Positions 54,311 through 64,000 of a stretch of DNA of 64,000 nucleotides are shown piece by piece. Below the pieces are notes generated by a model. That model did not search any database, was not told the DNA's origin, and worked only from the letters and a program-made list of their open reading frames with translations. Made by a program: the position numbers and the translations under genes. The DNA comes from Camelus ferus (lineage: Eukaryota), in contig NC_045697.1 of assembly GCF_009834535.1 (NCBI RefSeq), positions 78,494,001 through 78,558,000 on the forward strand, read 5' to 3'. Numbering within the stretch: the stretch's first letter is position 1; each line of letters opens with the position of its first letter.

Positions 54311-54393
54311 TTTTTTTTTTTAATGGAGGTACTGGGAATTGAACCCAGGACCTTGTGCATGTATGCGCTCTACCACTGAGCTGTACCTTCCCT
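54311..54393 (-). mobile_element. tRNA-derived SINE (Vic-1-like), short form
   Basis: T-run + aatggaggtactgggaattgaacccaggacc..ctctaccactgagctgtaccttccc. Confidence 0.9.
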
Positions 54394-54999
54394 CAACTAT
54401 TTATAAATTAACATGCAAGTGTCTCAGTATTTTCAGTCTTCTGTTGAACTTTCTTTAGATCTATTCATGGTTTGGCTGGAATGGCTGCCTTTTATACAGC
54501 AGAAATTGTTGTTTAGTGTATACATCAAAAATTAAAATGAGAGAATTAACTAGGCAATTTGTCACATAGAACACCAAGAAATTTTAAAGGTAAAAACTAT
54601 TAACTTGAATATGAAAAAAAACCGAAATAATCTCAGCTATAATTAACTTACACCTAACATGATATTTTTAAAAAATTAAAATAAAAAAAATAAAGTTGGA
54701 TAGATGGATGAAATTATTTGATTAGTTTATCCAATCAGCAGTCATTTCCTGAGCAGCTACATTACATGCTGGACATCATATAAAATGAGGGACACCAGAG
54801 GTAATAAAATACAAATTCCTTCCACAAGGAGCTCATAGTTTGTTTTCTATATATAGCTTAGAATGTGGTATGTTCAAGACCAATCAAAATTTATAAATCA
54901 AAATTACCTATAGAATGGTGACCAATTCAGTGAATTCTTATTTCCTAAAACTGTGTTTGACCAAGCATCTGGACTGCTCTGCTACAAGAATTCTAGCTA

Positions 55000-55460
55000 C
55001 TGAAAGTAGACAGAGATTTAGTGCAGGAATGGGTTGCTACAATGCTGGCAGAGAATTTTCACAAGGCCCATAGGAAAGACTCCCACGTCAGGGAGCCACG
55101 CCGACTCCTCAGGAGGGCGGGGCACAGGGAGGCTGCTGGAGACCTGCCGTGTTCACCAGGGCTCTGTCATAACAGTTCTCCAGGGCTCAGGAAGTTCTAC
55201 CTGCCCCGCTACCAATGTCCCTGGACACCCACTGAGCTGATGACTAGGCACTCGAACGTTCAAGCAAAAATACCCAGTGTCTCCAAGATCATGCCTTGGA
55301 GCAGCACCAGCTGGAGCCAGGGGAATATAATCCTTCAGTTCTGTTTTTCCAATCTTATACAAGTTCACATTGGTGGGATCAAGTTGTATCCTGAGCTCTA
55401 CCTTTGAAAGACTAAATAAATACATAAATAAACTTGGGCTCAGAAACTTGGGGATGGCCA
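55000..55460. other. GC-richer segment, possibly an ancient LTR remnant
   Basis: Local GC enrichment, GGGCGGGG box near 55115 and AATAAA motifs near 55415; no family recognised. Confidence 0.25.
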
Positions 55461-55534
55461 CCAGAAGAAGAGGGGGACTGTGGAGGCATGCCAGCACACC
55501 ACATCCACCTCAGACTGCACCTATTCTAAAATTC

Positions 55535-55955
55535 TTGAGTCTTGCTTGTTGGTTGGTGAGAATTATTTGATAACGTTGCACTTTTGTGGTTAGAGCAATT
55601 CTATTGTTTATCCTCTCTTTTTCAGCAACATCTCCGCTTCATATACTTTATTGATATTCATACATTATAGAATGACCTGCATTAATAAAAAGAAGTTGGC
55701 TCCATGACATTTTCCAGGTGATATGAGTTGGCAAGTCTAGTGAGTCAGCTGAAGGTTTTGATTCATGGAGTGATGCTAGTGGCCCAGGCTCTCTCTGAAT
55801 GAAGAGAAAAGTAGATTAACATCCAATTAGTAAGTGTGCATATAAAGGGAGAAAAAGTGGGAGTGAAAGTGACCTGCTTCAGCACAGAGCCAGAAGTCTG
55901 GGTTACCGCATTATACACAAATCCATGTCCAAAGATGGAACAGCTTCCTTTAGTC
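55535..55955 (-). repeat. Right arm of the 421-bp inverted duplication, flanked by a direct repeat
   Basis: Reverse complement of 52845-53265; tctaaaattc at 55525-55534 and 55954-55963. Confidence 0.98.
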
Positions 55956-56734
55956 TAAAATTCCCAAAATTTTCTTCAAGACTTTCAGTTAATTAAAATG
56001 CAAAAAAACTTAATGCATTTGTTTCTGTGAGGTATAAATATTTCTCAAACTTTGTGTCCCCTGCACCGTTAATTACTACCCCTATGCTCTCTTTCAGGGC
56101 TCTACACAAGCTTACCTCTTTCTGGGATGCCTAACATCCACCAGACTTTGCTTCCTCCAGGACCTTACAAGCCTCCCATTAGGCGGCCTGTGCTTACCTA
56201 GGTCCCAGCACTTTATATTCTATGAATAAATTGGCTTTTTACTTGTGTGTCTCTCTGGCATGACTATAAGCTCATTGAGAGCATGAAATGAGCCTTGTGT
56301 TCAGAGTAATTTATTGCCTGCTATGTATTGCACACAAACAAATGAGTGGGTACTTTTAAACATGACAATTTATTTTATTTTATGTAAATATCTTTTTTCA
56401 TTACTAGACCCCTTCATGTATGAATTTATTCTGCACGTTGATTAACAATCTGCTATGTGTAATGCATGGCAGATTGTGTGTGGTCCTGGAGATACTCTAA
56501 CACTATAAATTTAAACCTATCTCTATCCTTGATTTTTAAATGGTATAAAAGAGTGTTTATTTCCCTGACCTTTTTATGTGTTTTAACTTTCCCAGCAGGC
56601 TATATAACAAATCCTTTAAAAACAATCTCTTCATTTGTTTGCAATATTTTAGCCTCTATGAGAGAAAAAGAACTAGTAAGAGATATGCCAATGAAAAAGT
56701 ATAAAACAGGAAAAGTGTAAAATGTGTTTTCGTT

Positions 56735-57110
56735 CTACCTGTCTTCTTGATCTGCTCTGTGACCTTGAACAAATCACTTTACATACCTAAATCATTATCT
56801 CTCCAAAGCTGAATTTTAGTTTCCATTGCTTACCTCACAGAAAACTCAAACTGCTTGAAATCTTAACAGAAAGGGTAAAGAGAGTAGCAGATAGAGATTT
56901 TCTCTGAACACTTTAAAGAAATTGGCTGTATAAATACAAGACAGTGTTATAAGTACCTGGGACCCAGTGTGGCACAGTGTGTAAGGAAGCTACTTCCAAC
57001 AGACAGACATGGACTCACGAGTGTGCTCTGTCACCGGAGAGCTGGAGACTTGAGGCTATGCACCTGACCTCTCAGGACTTCAACTCCCTCATGTTTAAAA
57101 CTATTAAAAT
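56735..57110 (+). mobile_element. Two degenerate MIR fragments
   Basis: ctctgtgaccttgaacaaatcacttta..cttacctcacag; cagtgtggcacagtg..cacctgacctctc..ccctcatgtttaaaa. Confidence 0.5.
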
Positions 57111-58629
57111 ACTAAAAGAAAAAAAAAACCCAAAACTCAATCTGGAAGAGTTATTTCAAGTTTTAAATATATTATTTTGTGCGTTATTTTAGTTGACTGT
57201 ATAAGCTGCATAAATGTAGGTTAAAGGTTGCACGAAACAGACTCATAGAGACAAGCACACTCCCTCAGGTCTAGATATTAACCCACCTTAGTTGTAAGCA
57301 CTTGGGTTCATAAAATCACGTGGTATTTTACCAAATGTCTATTTTTTCAAAAATTTCTTGAAGGCGTGGATTCTCTCATTAGGATATTATTATTATCACA
57401 TCGTGCTTATTTTCCTGAGGAAGCAGCATTGTTCTTTTGCCTAGATTCCCGTTAGCACCATGAAAATGTCTCACTTCACTCCCATAGCAGCTTATATCGT
57501 TGTAACAAGGTACTCACATGCTCCCCAAAACTCTTGGCATGTAAGGATTATCCAGATTACAGATTCACACTGAGATGCAGAGGCTTAAATAAAACTAGTG
57601 GATTCAGTTTCATCCCGTATCATTATATTAGTTGAAAACACCCAGGTGTAGTGGAGTCTTCTGTAGGAAACTAGAAGTAGAAGATAAAGGTAGTTTACAA
57701 AGTTGATATTTTAGGGAGAGTAATCAACATCTTCCCTTTATCATTTTAGACACGTTTAATTGTTTATGAGTTTCATTTACAGATAGCGTTTATCATTTTC
57801 CTAGTTTCTTTTTGAATCTTTTACATATGTATAACTTGCATGATAGCTAAGTTTAAGAACTCATTTGGCATAAGAGATAAAATTAATAGCCTATTAATAG
57901 TCTTTGGAGTTGAAACTATTTTATGTAGTGTATGTTTATAAAAAATTTGTGGAGTAAACAAGCCCTGTTTAGTAATAAAAGGCAAGCACAGACTTGTTTA
58001 AGAAAATAACCATATGGATTATATACTGAATAGTTAAAACACAAAAGAGTAATCGTAACTGTTTGTTTTTAGACCCTCATAAAAGAAGTACAAAAACTGA
58101 GTAAATGCTTACAAACTTTTATGGATATCAACAGAGCAATTTTATGCCAGTTAGATCTATCAATTAAAGAGAAGTGACTTGTATTTTGTATGTTTTAAGT
58201 TTTCTTTCTTTTAAAAAAAATTTTTTTAGTATTTAGTATTAACTGTATTTTACAAAAGTGTAGTCTGCGATGTACCAGAACAAAAACATACATACATACC
58301 TGATCCTTCCCCTAGTTAGTGTGAAAACTGCTGCTCTAACTTGTTCTAATGGCCCCGTTAGACATGTAGAACAGAAACTACTAATCCTCGCTTACATACA
58401 GAAAATGCTTATCTCTAATAGATTATATCACATCACTAAGGTCACAGAGCAAGCAAGTGTCGAAATCAAATACAAAGTTTTATTATTCCATATCCTCAGC
58501 TCTTCCCCTTAGAGCACACGCTATCACAGTAAGTACTACCCCGTGCTAAAAAGCTGTTTACCTAGGTAGCCTAACCTTGCTTAGTTATTAGCAGTGTGGA
58601 GAGAAGCATTAAGAAGTTACAAGATAATA

Positions 58630-58670
58630 TCATCTATCTATCTGTCCATCTATCTATCAGTCATCTATCT
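58630..58670. repeat. Imperfect (TCTA)n microsatellite
   Basis: tcatctatctatctgtccatctatctatcagtcatctatct. Confidence 0.8.
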
Positions 58671-61600
58671 GAAGACAGACTTCAAATGTCAAAGGAACAT
58701 TTAAAACTTATCTAAGTATAGGAGAGAAGGAAGTAAGAGGCTTTGAACTAAAGCTGAAATACTTTATGTGAGTATAAGGAAGAAGAGGTAAAAAAATATA
58801 TGTATATATGTGTGTGTGTGTAAAATAAGTGATGAAAACAGGTATTAAACAAGAAGAAATATAAAATTGATATGATCGAGTGTTAAGCCTTTACTTCAGG
58901 GACCATGAATGGAAAGTTGGCATAGCAATGAAATCCTGAGTTGGGCTGCCTTGGTTTGGGGTCAGGGTTTCAATCCTACCACAGTCGCATAAAAAACCTG
59001 CCTGGTTTATAACCAGCTATTGCATGGAGTAGACTTGCCCTTTCTATTTGAGAAGAATTGAAAAGTTTGGGGACATTTTAGGGTGAAATATTCCTTCTGA
59101 GCTGGTATTCCTCCTTTGGTCTCTTAGGTAACTTAAATGACTTTCATTGAAGACTTTACTGGCAACTATACCACCTGCGGAACTTTGTCCATAGTCGGAG
59201 ACAGAGTTTTTCCAAATTCCACAAATTCTAAAAATTTCCAGAATTATTCTGAGAAAACCCAGAGCTAGTAACTTGGACATTGCTAATTAATGTTTGCAAA
59301 TGCTTTCAATATTGATGCTGACTAGGAAATAGAGAAAACTAAATTAAAATTAACCAGAAAAATAAAAGTAGAAAGAAAAACCAAAAAAAAAAAAAAAAAA
59401 AGTTCTGATACTTGAAAAGGATTTAAAGGTTTAGCCACACTGTCACTTCCTTGAAGCCGTCCTCAGTAAGACAATCTTGGAGATATCCCAATATTTGAGC
59501 CTGTCATTCTTAAGTCACTTTGGATTTAACTGTCAATAATTTTGGAAGAAGTCTGCATGAAATTTGTTATAGACAGTTTAGTGAATGATGAGACCTGCAT
59601 TTGAAAACTTGGAAAATAAATTTGAATTTAGTTTTATTTCCCAGCATGTCAAATTTCTTGACTGGAGGAACAGTTTTGGGGAGTAAATAAGGCACGACAA
59701 CTATCTAGTGGCAGCTACCTTGAATTTCTGACATATAGCCTCACGAATTTTAAATAATTTACTAGCTGATATCTTGTTAATAAGTCTGATTTTAGTGACT
59801 CTAGTGTACAGCACATGTCAACTCAAATGGTTATTACATTTTTTCATTTGACGTCATCTGAAAACATAGGAAAGAGGTTTTTACCTAATGAGATGATCAC
59901 ATTAAAACTTTACATTTATAAAAACAAAGTTTAAAACTCTTTCCATTTAAAAAGAAACAAAAATATCAAGACAGAGATTTACATTTATTATCCAGTGCAT
60001 GTACTTGATTTTTTAGAAATTTTAAAATTGCACATGATTAGGTATATGATTATAGCTTTCTTTTGTCTACAGTCTCTTGAAACTCAGAAAATTTAAAATA
60101 ATTATACTTCTTTCATTAGTAGGATACTTATGATTTAAAGACTGTACTTAAGGATTGTGTTAATGCTTCTTCCACCCCAGTGACCAGAGCCTTTTTAGTA
60201 AATTCTGTCCTGATACTAGTTTTCATAACTCAGGAAACATTTTCCATATGTCAAGAAGTATTATCCAAAGGGAGTTCAGAGCCACAGCGCTCATGCTTTC
60301 TCATCGTCCTTCTGGCTGAAATGAAAGCCCTTCTTGGTGAAGGACCCATCTGAGAAATCACACAAAAGCATTTTTGGTACACTATTGTTCTCTTCCCGGG
60401 TTAGCCGCCTCCTTGGACTGGAATCATTTCACAGTTTTTATTAAAATTATTATGAAAGAACAGCTGAAAAAATAAACTGAGTTGTCTGGCTGGATCTTAT
60501 TTAGTGTCATCAAAGAAAAATGATCTGTCCTAGAGCAAGAGCGTGCATTTTTTAACAGCCAAAATGAACATCTACAAGTCAGCAGAGGTATTCGAATTTG
60601 CTGAGGACCCCACAAGTGCATGACTCAATGAACTTAAAAAGGAGCCAAGAAAGAAAAAAAAATAATGGAGAAAAGTCAAAATTAGAGAAGTATGAAAAAT
60701 TAGAAAAGAAAAACAGCTGTAAAAAACTATTATAAAAGCATAGCAATGTGGGCAAAAATAAAATAAAATAAATTATCTAGAGCTGAAATAATTAGAGTAG
60801 AAATCCAGATTGTATAAGTATTAATATATTCCTATACACTAAAGTGTAGGTATATTTAAAGACATTGAATAAGTAAATGTAAAGGCAAAATCAGTTATTC
60901 TTGTATAAATTTTGAGTAGGGATAGATTCTTAGAAGCACTTAACTTTATCATTGGCAAAGGGAACAGATTTACATGGATATTATCTTTCACTTGTTCAGA
61001 AATTCAGTAGACATGAAATCTGTGTCTGCCAAAAAAGATAATAATGTCCTTGAAATTGTTTTTAAAATATTTTAGATCATGACCACATCAATTTGAACAT
61101 TAGAACTCAAAATGAGATTAGTTAAAATAGATGGATCTTACATGGTTTAATATTTTTTTTCAAATCAGGAAATAAAGTCATATGATTGTGAAGAATGCAC
61201 AAATTAAGAAGAAATGTGTTTGACTTAACCATGGCTAAAAATAGAAAACAATTACATTCAAGATATTTAAATTAAAACTATAGGGTAAATAATTTTTACA
61301 AAGTGTGAATGCCATGGGTAATATCCACATAATATGATGATTTCTTAAGGGGGGCTTTTAAACATAACTCTATATTAAAATGCATTAGCAAAAGAGCATT
61401 TTCTTTTCTGCTTTTTACTATTCCTGCTGTAGCTTACTCACGAACAAAATCAGATAATGGAAATTGTTCTTGCCCACGGGGTTGTAAGCTAAGTAAAATA
61501 GAGGGTAAGGAATTCATCCCTTGAGTCCTCTAGATTAGAAGTGCAAATTTGATTAGCAAAACATATACCTGACAATAAGTATGTTAGGCCACTCTGAGTC

Positions 61601-63319
61601 AAACTAAATATTATCCTCAGGGACTGGCTGAGAGTTGGGCATTGGTTGAAGCTCAAAGAATATAAATTATAAGTGGAAAGACTTGAATGACACAGCTATT
61701 TATATATAAATGTATATATTCTTAACTAGTTGAAGACTTTTAAACAGTCTCACAGCAGCTGTTTTCAGGACAACAGGACTCTGAATACTGAAAAAAAATG
61801 ATCTTATCTTTGCTAATGAATGGCTAGAATTTGAAGCAAAAGAACAACTATCAAGAAATGGAAAGTCCATTTAATAGTACTCAAAAAGAATTTTAAAGAT
61901 TCAACACACTTGTAAAAATGCAATCGTGTAATTTATAAACTTTTACCTCTCACACATATTAAATATATAAAAAAACATTATTGTACTTCCCCAAACACAT
62001 AACTTGAAATTTCTGGTGAGCAGCAAAACCAAGATATTGATAGATATTTCCCAGGTCTTAACATAAAGGTGCAAAACATTTGGCAAATTAAGCCCGTGTT
62101 CAGAGCAGCATAGATTGTGTCTCAGATGTACAGGAGCTGGCAGTGCAAAATAAGCCTGCTTCGCCCCACGTTTGATACCTTAATTGGTCGCTTGTCTTTC
62201 ATCAGCAGTAAGTTTTAGTGTTTCATTTTGCCAATTATCAAGGTAATTGGGCAGATTTTAAGATACAAAGCGACAGGCTTGAGATCACTTAAAGTATCTA
62301 AAAATGCGTTCAAAATGAACATCTATGAAGATTGATCTCTTTTTGCACTAAATCTGAAGGGCAGGGTCTGCTTAAGAAACCTACCTAAATTCCCTGAAAG
62401 TCAATGAAGGAGGCTCTTTGCCAAAATCAGCTTTCCCTTGGTGAGAAAGTTCTTTGGGAGACCACATGTTTCATTTTGAGAATTTGTAATAGTGTGTGGA
62501 TGAAAATATATACATGTATAAAACTGTCTAAACTGAAGCCTTTCACATTTAATGTCTCCTTCCTAAACAAGTGATTTAGAAGAACAGGCAAATGCTTTTA
62601 TATTTCCTAATGGGTATGCTGTATTTTTCTACCTAGACTAGAGAAAATCTTAATCAAAAGAAATCATAAAATGGAAGAGAACTAAAACAAATGCCAAATT
62701 AATTTTTTGAGAGGAACAAGACACAGAGAAGAGAGACAAAAACCAAATTCTGCATCCTTGAGCCAACCTGTGATGAACCATATGTAGACTGTCTCCCAGA
62801 AGATAAAGCCAGACGGAGAAGTGCAGAAGAGCATGGAGCTTGTCTTAGCAAGTAAATGACCACTTGTCACTAACCGCGAGTTGAAGACAGGCATTAGGAT
62901 GGCAGACACATCCTGCTGGGCAGCACTGAAGCAGCTGTATGTTGACCTAGATGGAACTGAGCTCTCTTTCTAAAACATTTTGTTATGTGCCATGGTGTGA
63001 ATCCTGACAAGGTCTGCTCGGTAACCACTAATTGGCTGGAACCCCTACCAGAAAGGATATAGGAATAATCTCTAATGACTATGAAGCAATGAGAGAAAAT
63101 GTGAAGGACTTGAGAGTAATGAACGTTCTAAATTATTTTTTAGTGAAAATGTTGTAACTTTGTTAAGAGAACCAGAAATAAGTGATGTCAGTGAACAATT
63201 ATTTAATGCCATAAAGAACTGATTTGCTGTTTGGCCTTACTTCACAGTACCAGCACAATTACCTTTTGATTGGCAGGCAAAGTGTGTCCCATAATGATAG
63301 TAACGTGTGTGACTGCTTA

Positions 63320-63995
63320 ATCAGTAGTTTATCAGCTAAATACCTTTCAGGCCCAAATTCACCCCTTTGGACTGCTCTGTAAGACTGAATCTGGGCCCTT
63401 AAAATACTTTTATCCATTGTCATCTGGCTCTGAAGCTTTGTCAAACAGGGTGCTGGAAAGTCGATGCAGGAAGTACAGGTTTCGCTTTCCAGTTCTGATT
63501 TGCTCATTCACAGGCTCCTACAGCATGCTTGGTTTCTGCAGCACCAGGCTCGTGCAGCATTCCCAGCTGCTCCAGTGTCTGGCTCCTGCTGTGCATGTGA
63601 ACCAGCAGCCAGCAGCTGCCCTTGGCATTCCCTCCTCACCTTGGAGGGTTTTGTAGTGAGGAGTGCCTCAGGTGAGACATCTCCCTGTGAACAGCTTTCC
63701 CCAGCACCCCAGAGACGGCATTTCCTGCAAGTTCCTCCAGCGTGGCGTCACAATGACTTGCCTGTCATCAGCGGGCATGGCCGTGCTGTCTCCAACAAGG
63801 TTTGGAATGAAGCCCTGAAGAGGAGTCAGGGCATCTTCCTTGGGCAGTCTATCTCAGCATGAAGGGTAGTGGCTGTTCCTTAGAGCTGCCGCATACTTTT
63901 ATAGTCTCTCAAGTTTTCTTCCATTATTACATACCAATCCCTTGTTGCTCCGATCCCCTGTTATAGTTAATAATTCTTAATATTAAACTTTCTTA
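63320..63995 (+). mobile_element. ERVL solo LTR (LTR52-like)
   Basis: ccaaattcacccctttggactgctctgt..ctgggcccttaaaata..aagctttgtca.. and the 3' motif cccctgttatagttaataattcttaatattaaactttc match the recalled LTR52 consensus. Confidence 0.7.
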
Positions 63996-64000
63996 GTCTA

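Noticed and set aside
52845..55955. Reading the inverted arms as TIRs of a 3.1-kb DNA transposon
   Set aside because: No TSD flanks the whole unit, there is no transposase, the spacer holds ordinary old repeats, and the direct repeat flanks only the right arm.
59849..59856. Perfect CRE palindrome TGACGTCA
   Set aside because: A single 8-mer with no promoter context.
63259..63862. ORFs 63259-63507 (-) with apparent splice sites and 63464-63862 (+)
   Set aside because: They lie largely within the LTR52-like element and encode no recognisable protein.
1..64000. CRISPR arrays, operons or other prokaryote-type systems; host gene identity
   Set aside because: The sequence is mammalian repeat-rich DNA with no regular repeat-spacer array, and I could not recognise an exon from which to name a gene.

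Overview
AT-rich mammalian genomic DNA, most likely camelid: it carries a tRNA-derived SINE of the Vic-1 type (GGGGAGGGTATAGCTC...GGTTCAATCCCCAGTACCTCC) and matching young LINE-1 3' ends. I cannot support any host protein-coding exon, RNA gene or CpG-island promoter, so the window looks intronic or intergenic. The only real protein-like ORFs come from LINE-1. The rest is a mosaic of L1, SINE, MIR, L2, MaLR/ERVL LTR and hAT remnants, with a few repeat-poor stretches that may be regulatory. Four structures stand out: (1) a 421-bp, 420/421-identical inverted duplication of apparently non-transposon sequence (52845-53265 / 55535-55955) with a 2269-bp spacer, where the right copy is flanked by a direct repeat; (2) a young twin-primed (5'-inverted) L1 with a perfect 15-bp TSD that lacks about 0.5 kb of ORF2; (3) a composite SINE-SINE-L1 cassette bounded by a near-perfect 14-bp direct repeat; (4) a 'tail-only' TPRT scar. 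All repeat subfamily names are from recall of consensus sequences, not from a search, and repeat boundaries without TSDs are approximate.
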